From sequence record NC_048170.1: DNA of 64,000 nt. The stretch is one strand, 5' to 3'. Of this stretch, positions 34,912-44,761 are shown piece after piece; the first letter of the stretch is position 1; each line of letters opens with the position of its first letter. Source of the DNA: Escherichia phage vB_EcoM_Goslar. The notes beneath the pieces are model-generated. The model was not told where the DNA came from, did no database searches, and saw only the letters and a list, made by a program, of their open reading frames with translations. The translations under genes were made by a program, and so were the position numbers.

Positions 34912-37900
34912 ATCCCATTAGCACCACGCCCACCAGGCTTAGCGGTTCCTGAGTAAGAGTTATCGTAAGCACCACCACCACCCGAACCAGGCGCGAGGCC
35001 GTTATGGGCGGTGCCAACACCAGCGCGACCGCCACCGCCCCAATATGACGCACCCCCACATCCACCGACGGCAATAGTACCGGCTTGTCCATCGCTACCG
35101 TCTCCGCCCGGAATGCGTATATCCCCGGTAGCAGGTGCGCCCCCATAGCCACCGCCAGTGTTTGTGACAGTTGTTTTTCCTGCGCCTTGCCCGCCGGGAG
35201 CAGTTAGCAGGGATGCAAATTTACTATCCCCACCCCCGTTCCCAGACGTCGCCCCAGAGCCACCGGAACCACCAGAACCAATTATAACAGAATAACTAGC
35301 AGCTGTTACCGTTATAACCGAAATTACTGTTCCGCCAGCTCCTCCCCCAGCACCAAAAAACGTTTCGCTGTTGGAATAAGCCTGACAGCCACCGCCGCCA
35401 CCGCCGCCACCGGTTATTGTTACTCTAATCCGTTTTGTTCCTTGTGTTGGAGTGTACGTCCCTGACGATGTGAAAACACGCATGTTCAGTAAACGTCCGA
35501 CATATCCGCTAGAATCGGCTAAACCAAGATCTTTAGCTGCTAACGTGATATTAGCTGTACCATCGAAAGGTTTACCGTTAATCGTGCGCGCAGTTTGCAA
35601 CTTCGTCGCCGTGGCTGCGTTCCCTGATGTATTCTGGTTCCCCGCGACGTTAACACCTGGTAGATTGATGTTCGCACTACCGTCGAAAGACACCCCACCA
35701 ATGGTGCGGGCTGTTTTCAGTTTTGTCGCCGTGGCGGCATTCCCCGTAGTGTCTTGGTTTCCTGCTGCGTTAACACCCGGCAGACTGATATTTGCCGTAC
35801 CATCGAACGCGACACCGCCAATCGTCCTTGCCGTTTGTAGTTTTGTCGCCGTGGCGGCATTACCGGTTGTGCTTTGGTTACCGGTGGTGTTTACCCCAGG
35901 TAGGCTGATATTTGCTGTTCCGTCAAATGAAACGCCGCCAATCGTCCTTGCCGTTTGCAACTTCGTTGCGGATGCCGCGTTCCCCGTGGTGTTTTGGTTA
36001 CCTGTTGCATTCACACCAGGGATACTATCCTTAGATGTATAGATCTGTGCCCATTCCGACCAATTCGAATCGGCTGCATCCCGACGAGAACGAAGATAGG
36101 CTGGCGCATGCGCCCCCGATGTACCAGACCATCCAATAAGGATCTCACCTTCACCTACTGCGGTTGCGCCTTTAAGATGAATAATATTGCCGTACGCTGT
36201 AGGGTATCCGTTATTGTACGCTTCATACATCTGGATACCCGTATTGCTACCCTGGGTCGCATTAGCTAAAGCGGTGACCCGTCCCTTGGAAGCGAGCACG
36301 TTAATGCTAAAGCTAATATCAGTTGTACCGTCAAAGGCGACCCCATTAATCCTCCGTGCCGTTTGGAGTTTCGTGGCAGTAGCCGCATTACCAGAAGTGC
36401 TCTGGTTACCCGCTTTGTTCACACCCGGTAAATCAATGTTGGCAGTCCCATCAAACGACACACCCCCTATGGTTCTCGCCGTCTGGAGTTTTGTTGCTGA
36501 ACCGGCGTTTCCGGAAGTGCTTTGATTGCCCGCGGCGTTGACACCAGGTAGGTTAATGCTAGCAGAACCATCAAAAGAAACTCCACCGATCGTAATGGTC
36601 GTTTGCAACTTCGTGGCTGTCGCAGCGTTACCCGTCGTATTCTGATTACCAGCTGCATTGACGCCAGGTAATGCGATATCAGTTGTACCGTCAAAAGCGA
36701 CACCACCGATTTTACGGGCGGTCTGTAGCTTGGTTGCGCTTCCTGCGTTTCCGCTGGTGTCTTGGTTTCCTGCAGCGTTAACACCCGGTAGACTGATGCT
36801 GACCGAACCATCGAAACTCACACCACCGATCGTAACAGCGGTTTTCAATTTCGTGGCAGTAGCTGCGTTACCGGTTGTATTTTGATTGCCTGTCGCATTA
36901 ACGCCCGGTAATGCAATATCCGCTGTTCCGTCAAAGGCAACGCCACCGATTCTACGTGCAGTTTGTAGCTTGGTCGCTGTAGCGGCATTACCGCTGGTAT
37001 TTTGCGTGCCTGCTTTATTTACACCGGGAAGATCGATGTTAGCAGAACCGTCGAAGCTAACGCCACCTATCGTTCTTGCCGTAGCAAGTTTAGCTGCTGT
37101 AGCAGCGGCGTTACCGACTTTTAACCATTCGCCCCATGGACCATCCTGGCCGTTCCATGATGCCGTTAAACTACGTACGTAAATATTGCCGGTACGTACA
37201 GTGTAACGTTGTGTTCCACCGAATTGCCCGGTTGGGAGCACTTCAATGTAACCTGCGGCGTTTGCTTCAGGGAAATTGTGGGCGACGTCCGCGTTCGTCG
37301 TTATTGGTTTAGACCAAATACCCACAGATGCTTCGACTGGACCGAAGGTATTCAGATTTGCGTCCGTCGCCATAGCACCATTAAATTTCAGGTACGTCTC
37401 TGGCGATAATCCGATCGTTTTAGCAAACGCAACTTTATCTACGATATCACTACCGTTATTCCCTGCCTGCAATGCTGTCTTAGCTGCCTTTATGGTTTCT
37501 GTCAATCCAAGATACAGTAAGACCGCATCAACGCTTCCTTTGCTTAGCAGATTCAGACCTGTTGACGTTACGTTAGTTAGCCCGATTTGGTTCCGTCCAG
37601 TAAAATAAGGGAGTTTATTCGCATCTGTTGTTAGGTTAGACCACGCGGTCAGCAACGCGTTCAACGGTTGTTTACCCGCCAACGCATTGGTTACTGTCGT
37701 TGCGAAATTAGGATCGTTCCCTAAAGCTTGAGCCAGCTCATTAAGCGTATTTAGCGCTTCTGGAGACGAGTCGATCAGCGATGCGATAGCACGCATCACA
37801 AATTCCGTGTTGGCAATCTGTCGACTGCTATCGTTCTCTGCAGCCGTAGGCGCTGCCGGGATACCGGTGAACACAGGGCTATTAAGATCTGCCTTGAGAG

Positions 37901-38861
37901 CGATGAGACGTTTAAGTGCGTCGACATCGACTTTCAGGTTTTCCCATCCGATGAGAGAACCACCACTGGCGTTATGATAACGGTTGTACCAGAAGTCGCC
38001 GTTAACGCCAAAAAAGAATATACCTTTCTCTTCGTATTGTGGGCCAGAACTATTTCGTGATGTTTCGATATATTTGATTTCAATAAGACCGCTAAACACC
38101 ACTCCTGGGATTATATTGTTGTTTCCAGCTGACTGTGATACCTGGTAAATCCCCGGGGTTGCGGCTTTAACCCATGTTAAGAATTCTGTTACTCCAGCGG
38201 CACCGCTAAAATTCTTAACGTCGGTAAGTATCGCCCCATAACCGAACATACCGGGTAGAGCCACTCGTTCGCTGGTACGGTCACGAATATCTGTCGCAAC
38301 AACGGGCAATTGTTTACGAACAGCATTAACCGCTTTAGGCGTGGCCGATTTTGTCTCGTCGTCGCTATCGGTTTCATTACTTAGAATAGTTAAACCGCGT
38401 GTAGCAGTAGTTGCATCAGGAAGAAATGCGTTATCCAACACCTTAAGCTGTATTGCACTCGTATTACTAACAACGACATGCACCTGACAGTTAAGAACGC
38501 TGGTTGCGCCTTCGGCAGGCGTAGGCTTATATCTTTCTGGCGCACTGCAGACGGCAATCAGAACACCTTGGTCATCATACAGACCGATCTCACGTACCCA
38601 GAACCCACCTTGACCAGCGGGAATAATACCCTCAACGATAATCCTGGTTGTGCTATCACCATCCGCATGGATATTAGAAACTTCCCCACGATAAACTTCG
38701 TGAACAAGCGCTGTTTGGCTGGCGGTCGGGGTTGGGATCGAGCCGTTACCATCACCAACGGCAAAGTGTGTGATTTTTAGTTTCTCACCGTCGGGAAGTA
38801 ACGCAGCGGTGATACGTTCTGCTCCTTTATCGGTAACTACCGTTATATATGCTGTACTCAT
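34887..38861 (-). CDS. Tail fiber protein (1324 aa): conserved fiber N-terminal domain, eleven 40-aa repeats, polyglycine-rich C-terminal region
   Basis: N-terminus resembles lambda Stf / P2 gpH-type fibers (RGLTILSNETDSDDETKSATPKAVNAV); repeats of GNAATATKLQTARTIGGVSFDG; Tfa gene immediately downstream. Confidence 0.85.
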   Translation of the reverse strand: MSTAYITVVTDKGAERITAALLPDGEKLKITHFAVGDGNGSIPTPTASQTALVHEVYRGEVSNIHADGDSTTRIIVEGIIPAGQGGFWVREIGLYDDQGVLIAVCSAPERYKPTPAEGATSVLNCQVHVVVSNTSAIQLKVLDNAFLPDATTATRGLTILSNETDSDDETKSATPKAVNAVRKQLPVVATDIRDRTSERVALPGMFGYGAILTDVKNFSGAAGVTEFLTWVKAATPGIYQVSQSAGNNNIIPGVVFSGLIEIKYIETSRNSSGPQYEEKGIFFFGVNGDFWYNRYHNASGGSLIGWENLKVDVDALKRLIALKADLNSPVFTGIPAAPTAAENDSSRQIANTEFVMRAIASLIDSSPEALNTLNELAQALGNDPNFATTVTNALAGKQPLNALLTAWSNLTTDANKLPYFTGRNQIGLTNVTSTGLNLLSKGSVDAVLLYLGLTETIKAAKTALQAGNNGSDIVDKVAFAKTIGLSPETYLKFNGAMATDANLNTFGPVEASVGIWSKPITTNADVAHNFPEANAAGYIEVLPTGQFGGTQRYTVRTGNIYVRSLTASWNGQDGPWGEWLKVGNAAATAAKLATARTIGGVSFDGSANIDLPGVNKAGTQNTSGNAATATKLQTARRIGGVAFDGTADIALPGVNATGNQNTTGNAATATKLKTAVTIGGVSFDGSVSISLPGVNAAGNQDTSGNAGSATKLQTARKIGGVAFDGTTDIALPGVNAAGNQNTTGNAATATKLQTTITIGGVSFDGSASINLPGVNAAGNQSTSGNAGSATKLQTARTIGGVSFDGTANIDLPGVNKAGNQSTSGNAATATKLQTARRINGVAFDGTTDISFSINVLASKGRVTALANATQGSNTGIQMYEAYNNGYPTAYGNIIHLKGATAVGEGEILIGWSGTSGAHAPAYLRSRRDAADSNWSEWAQIYTSKDSIPGVNATGNQNTTGNAASATKLQTARTIGGVSFDGTANISLPGVNTTGNQSTTGNAATATKLQTARTIGGVAFDGTANISLPGVNAAGNQDTTGNAATATKLKTARTIGGVSFDGSANINLPGVNVAGNQNTSGNAATATKLQTARTINGKPFDGTANITLAAKDLGLADSSGYVGRLLNMRVFTSSGTYTPTQGTKRIRVTITGGGGGGGGCQAYSNSETFFGAGGGAGGTVISVITVTAASYSVIIGSGGSGGSGATSGNGGGDSKFASLLTAPGGQGAGKTTVTNTGGGYGGAPATGDIRIPGGDGSDGQAGTIAVGGCGGASYWGGGGRAGVGTAHNGLAPGSGGGGAYDNSYSGTAKPGGRGANGICIIEEFM
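35544..37106 (-). repeat. In-frame tandem coding repeats (120-bp unit, about 6.6 + 4 copies, interrupted at 36024..36314) within the tail fiber gene
   Basis: Periodicity read from the translated protein; explains the spurious antisense ORFs 35452..37182. Confidence 0.85.
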
Positions 38862-38867
38862 GGTGTT

Positions 38868-39413
38868 TTATCCTGGATAAATAGTGATGATATCACCAAT
38901 GACGGTTGTGGCACCGGCGTAAAGATGAGCCGGAGATACATCGTGTTGGTTTGTCACAGTAAGATCCAATCGACCACGCCAAACCACGGAGGTATTCGCG
39001 ATGGGGATAGAAATCTTTTTGGATATATCGTCACGAAAATCAATAACAGTGGCAAGGGTAACCGCATCAAAATCAACGTCGGGGTCAAAGACGAACCCGT
39101 ATTGATCTGAAATCGCCCGAATAATCGCATGTATAGTTGTTGTCTCGACGGACTCTAAAACGATTTTTACCGGTATTCCTAAAAATGCCTTCGCGATATC
39201 GCGTCGAGCGTAAACGATAAAACTTTCACCACACCACTTTGTTCCTTCATTTGCTGTGACGATCACTTTTGCCCTGTTAGCACCAGAACTCCCATCCAAG
39301 GTTAATGTAAGATCGGAGTTGCTGAACACGCTACCGTTACGTTGGTTTATCAACGTAATCAGTTCGTCTTTCCATGGCGGGTAAAGTGAACGCATAAGCG
39401 CACCCTCCTCCAA
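38868..39413 (-). CDS. Short paralog (181 aa) consisting essentially of the N-terminal domain shared with 30469..33081; possible adaptor
   Basis: Alignment by eye across about 150 aa with the N-terminus of the 870-aa protein. Confidence 0.65.
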   Translation of the reverse strand: MEEGALMRSLYPPWKDELITLINQRNGSVFSNSDLTLTLDGSSGANRAKVIVTANEGTKWCGESFIVYARRDIAKAFLGIPVKIVLESVETTTIHAIIRAISDQYGFVFDPDVDFDAVTLATVIDFRDDISKKISIPIANTSVVWRGRLDLTVTNQHDVSPAHLYAGATTVIGDIITIYPG

Positions 39414-39600
39414 TAATCAAATTAAAATGTAAAACGCCTCGAAACCGGAGTGCGATTCGAGGTAAACGTAAACAGTCCAGACGACCGCATAAAATTCCGC
39501 GCATATTGCCCCTCTACCCCGACAAAGCGAGATAGAGGGGAGGATAATACGATTATGCTACTACACTCCAAAGTTCATGGGGCGGTAATCGCCCCATCGG

Positions 39601-42600
39601 TTAAATTGTTGGTTTTACATCGCGTAATAGGGCGATATAATAGCCTAATCCTCGGAGGATCTCCCCGCTCCAGAAACCAAAATACATTCCGTCTCTGCCG
39701 AGATTAGCGCTATCTGGTGCAGGACTCCATCCACCATTCATTACGTCATCAACGGTGTAGCGGTTGATGTAGTTTTCAACGATTTCGTTATAAGCATTAA
39801 CCGCAACAGAATAGCCTTTATCGTTGGGATGTCCGTACAACATTGCTAACGACGCACCCGCCAACCATAATCCTGCCATATGACCAGTAAAGTCGTTCGG
39901 GATAAAAGCAGGAGGTTTATCCATCGGAAAATCCGTAGGTGATTGATAAGCGTTTTCCTGTTGATACGTAAACAAGAAATCAATCCAATGACTGATGTAA
40001 GTGGTTAACTTCTCAGGGACAGCCAAACCACGATCGAGCAGTCCAGCATAAAGCCTCACCGCTGAAAAGAAAGCCCTCGGCTGATAACCAGACCATGCTG
40101 TCTGATCGCCGAAATGGTACATCGTAAAATCATTAACTTTTGATCCGCTTGGCGCATCCCAACGATCCCACACGTACGCACTTGCCCCTGGCCCTAAAAC
40201 CCCGAATTTCTGATAATACCACTGCTGTGAGTCATACCAGAAATTCACAACATTCTGAATCATGAGGTCACGTCGTTCAGCCGATACGTCCATATCCAGG
40301 AAGACCCATGGATGCTGGTAGCCGGGATAAGGCTGACCGCGCCAACTGTCGAACGTCGGTGCGTTAGGGATATAGTTGTTAGAGAACGGAATAATACCCG
40401 GAGTATAAGGCAATGGATCCAGACGTTGGTTGACAATCGTACAATCGCCAACACGCAATGTGCCCTCTGCCTCAAAGATTGCTTTTAACGTAAACAGCAT
40501 GGTATATCCGTCATCCGTGGTGTAAGTTGACGGTGGATTGTTGATGGCGTAAAGCTTAAATACCCCTTCAGCGATATCGCTGCCATCAGGCAAGAACAGA
40601 ATTTCAGTTGAACCGTCGCCCCACACAGGTGCGGAAGGTTTAGGGTCAGTATCAGCATGGCCAGGTTGATACCCTGAGAGCCTCCATCCGTTCGCCGAAA
40701 GCGTCAATGTATTTCTTGCTGTGGTGGCCGGTAGCATATACCACCATCGCCAACCATTTGCATCTTCTACACGAACGTTGTAGTCAATCGACGCGAAATA
40801 ACTGACCTGTCTTACGATCTGTTTTGCGGTTGGATTGAATTCAAATTGCCCGCCTGCCGCAGTAAGCTGCGCTTTTAAGAACAACCCATCCCAGGAATCT
40901 TCCGCTGCTTCGCTGAATTCTGTTGTGATTGCGACATCGTCTTTCCAGCCGACTTTATCAGCCGATATCAACACAGAACCTGTAACAGCATCACCGGTTG
41001 GCGTTGAAACTTCATCAACCGCATCAGCAGGAATCAACGAGCCTATTTTGAAATCCCATCCTTTCGGTTCAGCGCTGGAAGGTAATACCAGCTTGTACGT
41101 TTTGGCTTTCGCTTCGGTTTTGTCCAAAGAAAGCGAAAGTGAAATCTCAACCGGAATTGCAATACCTGCCGTATCCTTACCTCCGCAGGTTACACGAAGA
41201 ATTGAATCACGATTGACGCGGAACGGAATGGCCTGCTGTTCAAGATAAATTTGTGCTGAAGATGCTTGAATCACGATCCAGCCATCGGCATCACGTGTGA
41301 TTGTGAACGGTGCTTTCGATGGATAGGTATACGTGTAAGCGATACCATCGGTGTCGTAACGATCGGTTCCTTTTACCTGACGGAAGAACTTATCGTTGGC
41401 GTCGATACGGGTATATTCTTCAATCGTAAACAAAGATGCCTTGTACGCTTTCTGATAACGCTCCTGCTGCGTTAAACGGTATAAGGTGTAGGCTGCTTCA
41501 CAAAACCACTGTTCAGCGTCTGACGCGTTTCCCATGTAGTCTCTGGTGACCGGCACCTGGATCGGTCGGTTATGCTGACACTCGTTCGTTTTGATGAGGT
41601 ATCCGCCATATTCGACAGGAACGCGGGGTGCCCACGCAACCAAATAAGAACCGCTGACGGATTTATCTTTGAGTACGATGGTACCTACCTCATCGTCAGT
41701 ACACGCTTCAAGATCGTCCCCGTCAGCACTTACGTAACGTTTTGTGCGTAACGCAACTTTCTCGATAGGGAACACCGTACCCTTTGTATCCCAGTCAATC
41801 GTCCCATCATCATTGGTTTTGAACACATCGGCGTTCAAATTCTGCCAGCCGAGTTTACCCTCATAGACCTGAACAACAAGATCCATGTATTCCCCGAACG
41901 TTGGTGCCCCATGTGTTATTTTCCCGATACCGTTGGTGAATGTAACCGCTGTGTCATGGAAACCCCCGTGTGTTGGGTAATCGTCTTTTGCAAGAGGATA
42001 ATGAGCCAACACCGGTTGCTTACCATTAACGATCCAGTTAGCGATCCAGCGTGTCGGTGTATCCGGTGGTTCAAGGCCTGCGTAGAACGCTTTTATATAC
42101 GCATCGAACGATGACTCTGCTAATGCGAGATAATGCGCTTTAAGCTTGGTATCATCCGTTGTATGACTGAATATACCCGCACCCAGAATTAACAACGACT
42201 GTCCTTCTGTTGTTGCGTCACCATCCGGTTGTGCTTCTTGTCGTGTTGCTGCAATGAAATGGCGGTTGTTTACCATCACCCCGCTTTCATTTAACACGTA
42301 ATGATCGGTTTCTGGATCGGTAAACGTTCCTGTGTTTCGGGTTAAGAATCTTGCATGACCATAACCAACGAAATTAACCGGCGACGCTGTAATCATCCAT
42401 TTACCGATAAGTTGAGCAACATCATTATAACGCTCGGATGCGGTGATTTGTTTCACGTACCAGTCTTTATGGTTAAATGTCCAAAGCAGGAAGTAATAAG
42501 TTGTATCGATTTCCATCACCGGGAACGTTGGTGTTAACGGCTCCAATGTTAAGTAGTTGCTCCAGTCAATCTGTCCGCCAACAACCGATGGGGTAATCTC

Positions 42601-43197
42601 TAATAACTGACACCATTCATAACGGTCCGGTACACTACTGGACGTTGTTGGTAAAGGTAACTTGTATACACCAGTACGATTCAGATTGAGTGCTTTTCTA
42701 GCCGATCCTAAATCAACATAAATGCTCGATGATACGCTTGCACTATATGCCCCCAAAGCACCTAGCGTTGACCGATACATTGAGATGAACAACGTATCTT
42801 TCCAGTAAGGGTTATCCTTGGTTGGTTCTAAAGCGATTTGTGCGGAGATGCTGTTCCATGTCCCTAACTGGTATGTTGCATTTAAAGATTCTTCCGTGAA
42901 ATAACTTTCTGCAATTGCCAGATGGAACCGCTCGTTCAATAATGCGAGTGCGGCGCGTCCTGAGATATCTTCATTACCCGTTTCCTTCTTCATGATTGCG
43001 CCGAATGGAAACAGTGTCGCGAATGACCGTTTTGGTTTATTAACCGTAACCGTCCCCGTGTAGTTTCCAACACCGTCAAGTTTTTGACTATCGCCAACAG
43101 CAGTGACTGCGATACCATCAACCGGGATATCTGTTTTGTTTAGTGTATTGAGTTGGTCAACCAGATCCTGCTTATCGTCAGGTAAGAATGTCGCCAT
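39601..43197 (-). CDS. Large putative receptor-binding or tailspike-like protein (1198 aa)
   Basis: ORF track; Trp/Tyr/Gly-rich carbohydrate-binding-like composition; locus context; no catalytic motif recognised. Confidence 0.5.
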   Translation of the reverse strand: MATFLPDDKQDLVDQLNTLNKTDIPVDGIAVTAVGDSQKLDGVGNYTGTVTVNKPKRSFATLFPFGAIMKKETGNEDISGRAALALLNERFHLAIAESYFTEESLNATYQLGTWNSISAQIALEPTKDNPYWKDTLFISMYRSTLGALGAYSASVSSSIYVDLGSARKALNLNRTGVYKLPLPTTSSSVPDRYEWCQLLEITPSVVGGQIDWSNYLTLEPLTPTFPVMEIDTTYYFLLWTFNHKDWYVKQITASERYNDVAQLIGKWMITASPVNFVGYGHARFLTRNTGTFTDPETDHYVLNESGVMVNNRHFIAATRQEAQPDGDATTEGQSLLILGAGIFSHTTDDTKLKAHYLALAESSFDAYIKAFYAGLEPPDTPTRWIANWIVNGKQPVLAHYPLAKDDYPTHGGFHDTAVTFTNGIGKITHGAPTFGEYMDLVVQVYEGKLGWQNLNADVFKTNDDGTIDWDTKGTVFPIEKVALRTKRYVSADGDDLEACTDDEVGTIVLKDKSVSGSYLVAWAPRVPVEYGGYLIKTNECQHNRPIQVPVTRDYMGNASDAEQWFCEAAYTLYRLTQQERYQKAYKASLFTIEEYTRIDANDKFFRQVKGTDRYDTDGIAYTYTYPSKAPFTITRDADGWIVIQASSAQIYLEQQAIPFRVNRDSILRVTCGGKDTAGIAIPVEISLSLSLDKTEAKAKTYKLVLPSSAEPKGWDFKIGSLIPADAVDEVSTPTGDAVTGSVLISADKVGWKDDVAITTEFSEAAEDSWDGLFLKAQLTAAGGQFEFNPTAKQIVRQVSYFASIDYNVRVEDANGWRWWYMLPATTARNTLTLSANGWRLSGYQPGHADTDPKPSAPVWGDGSTEILFLPDGSDIAEGVFKLYAINNPPSTYTTDDGYTMLFTLKAIFEAEGTLRVGDCTIVNQRLDPLPYTPGIIPFSNNYIPNAPTFDSWRGQPYPGYQHPWVFLDMDVSAERRDLMIQNVVNFWYDSQQWYYQKFGVLGPGASAYVWDRWDAPSGSKVNDFTMYHFGDQTAWSGYQPRAFFSAVRLYAGLLDRGLAVPEKLTTYISHWIDFLFTYQQENAYQSPTDFPMDKPPAFIPNDFTGHMAGLWLAGASLAMLYGHPNDKGYSVAVNAYNEIVENYINRYTVDDVMNGGWSPAPDSANLGRDGMYFGFWSGEILRGLGYYIALLRDVKPTI

Positions 43198-43210
43198 TAT
43201 TTACTCCACC

Positions 43211-44041
43211 TTAATCGTAACTAAAATAAAGTTTGCTGCTGACGCCGCTATCGGAACGAGGTTTTAATACCAGAACAGAGCTTCCGAACGACGGAAGTAT
43301 TGGAACATCTAAATCGTTCGCATCGGCAACTTTTCCATTATAAACGACATTGGCTGTTGTGATGAGTTCCCAAGCTAAGGTATAACTCATTGAAATCAGC
43401 GACGAGGCTAAACGGAATGCGTTGTATCCTTCTGGAGTATCTCCAACCGACATCGAACGTATCGCATCTTGCGGCGGTAAATTTAGCTTGATGCCGTAGG
43501 TGCTGAATGTGTGGAAATCCCCTTGTTTACTATCTTCTGGATAATACGAGGTTAGCGGTTCTCGCACCGTAATCAGTTCGCTAATATCGGTACTTACATC
43601 TTTTCGTGCGAGGAATTGAAACGTACCGTGCCATGATGCCGACGCGTCAGAACGAACGGGAACAGATATGGTTTTCTCGCCGCTTTCAAATTTAACCTGT
43701 GACGCTAACGCTGAAGAATCAAAGATCGTTAAATCGATCTTCAACCCATACTTCTTAAACAGCTGCGTTAAGCAGTCTGCTATCGTCGTCTTATCAGCAA
43801 CGACAATAAAAGGTTGGTGTTTGATAAAGAGCTTATTAATGTCTCGACGTTGAAGATAAACCTGTACGGGGTCTTCGACGTAGTAAACCGATTGTGGTGC
43901 AGGGGCTATAGAAAGGCGTAACCGACCCGATGCACCATACCAGGCTGGCGTTAACGTAATGTCTGACAGGGACAACGGATGCTGGAGATAGGCGTTTATT
44001 TTAGATAACACTTCCTCCTGCCATGATGCTTCAGGATACAT
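43211..44041 (-). CDS. Hypothetical protein (276 aa) with weaker similarity to the shared N-terminal domain
   Basis: ORF track; pattern similarity (RRDINKLF...YG...D...TISVPV). Confidence 0.65.
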   Translation of the reverse strand: MYPEASWQEEVLSKINAYLQHPLSLSDITLTPAWYGASGRLRLSIAPAPQSVYYVEDPVQVYLQRRDINKLFIKHQPFIVVADKTTIADCLTQLFKKYGLKIDLTIFDSSALASQVKFESGEKTISVPVRSDASASWHGTFQFLARKDVSTDISELITVREPLTSYYPEDSKQGDFHTFSTYGIKLNLPPQDAIRSMSVGDTPEGYNAFRLASSLISMSYTLAWELITTANVVYNGKVADANDLDVPILPSFGSSVLVLKPRSDSGVSSKLYFSYD

Positions 44042-44099
44042 GCTGACCTCATAGATGATCGTTGATAGGAAAGAAACCTAATTCATACCATGGGAACCT

Positions 44100-44161
44100 C
44101 AAAAAAAAAAACGAAAAAAAAAATAGGAAAACGGTGTTCATCCCTAAAAAGGATGAACACC
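44100..44161 (-). terminator. Strong rho-independent terminator (11-bp perfect hairpin GGTGTTCATCC / GGATGAACACC with long T tracts on the minus strand)
   Basis: Perfect inverted repeat and poly(A) on the + strand, directly downstream of the gene ending at 44183. Confidence 0.75.
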
Positions 44162-44182
44162 GCGTACCGTTATATCGAACGA

Positions 44183-44761
44183 TTAGTAAGGAATCAGATC
44201 GTTAAGCTTTTCTTCTTCAATGACAAAGAAGTTGTTCTGGTCGTCTAAATCTGTTAACATGACTTGTCCGACAGTAAAGCACGTGCCGCCCTTCTTAGGC
44301 ATCCATACCGGCTCATTCGTTACCTTATCGGGATACCATTTGAAACGATTGGTATCCAAGAAGAACGCTGCTTTGTTCGCTTTATCGGTTGAACGATAGC
44401 TAACCAATGCAGGCCACTCAATCCAGGTATTCGTACACGGTACATGTAAAGGATACCAGGCACGCCAGCGTTTGCCTGGGTTGCTAGGATCAACCCAATA
44501 CTCGGCAGTCAATACAGCATCTTTATAGTGTTTCTGCATTAACATTTCGAGCACAAGCTCATTGCCTTTTGATGCATCTAAAGTCACTTCCGCCATATAA
44601 AGAGATTTAGGTAATCCAGACTGTTTTGCGGCTGGCGTTACAACACCGGTAACCAACGGTCTGCTCGGTTTACGTTTCTGTTCTTTCCGACGGGTGTAAA
44701 AGAATAGTCCGACAGATACGGCAACAAGTATAATAAACAACACTACCTTAATCCAATTCAT
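44183..44761 (-). CDS. Hypothetical protein with N-terminal transmembrane anchor (192 aa)
   Basis: ORF track; N-terminal hydrophobic helix followed by a basic stretch. Confidence 0.8.
   Translation of the reverse strand: MNWIKVVLFIILVAVSVGLFFYTRRKEQKRKPSRPLVTGVVTPAAKQSGLPKSLYMAEVTLDASKGNELVLEMLMQKHYKDAVLTAEYWVDPSNPGKRWRAWYPLHVPCTNTWIEWPALVSYRSTDKANKAAFFLDTNRFKWYPDKVTNEPVWMPKKGGTCFTVGQVMLTDLDDQNNFFVIEEEKLNDLIPY

Noticed and set aside
34905-35411. Poly-G/GGN runs that could be slippage-prone homopolymer tracts
   Set aside because: They are mixed GGN codons encoding a glycine-rich protein region, not long pure homopolymers; phase variation cannot be inferred
35544-37106. Regularly spaced about 120-bp repeats that could suggest a CRISPR array or satellite
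   Set aside because: The repeats are imperfect, contiguous without unique spacers, and in frame within a long ORF encoding a recognisable fiber repeat motif
35452-37182. Plus-strand ORFs 35452..36042, 36187..36525, 36658..36885 and 36886..37182 with repetitive Pro/Ala/Val-rich translations
   Set aside because: Antisense of the tail-fiber tandem repeats; the periodic sequence keeps the opposite frame open
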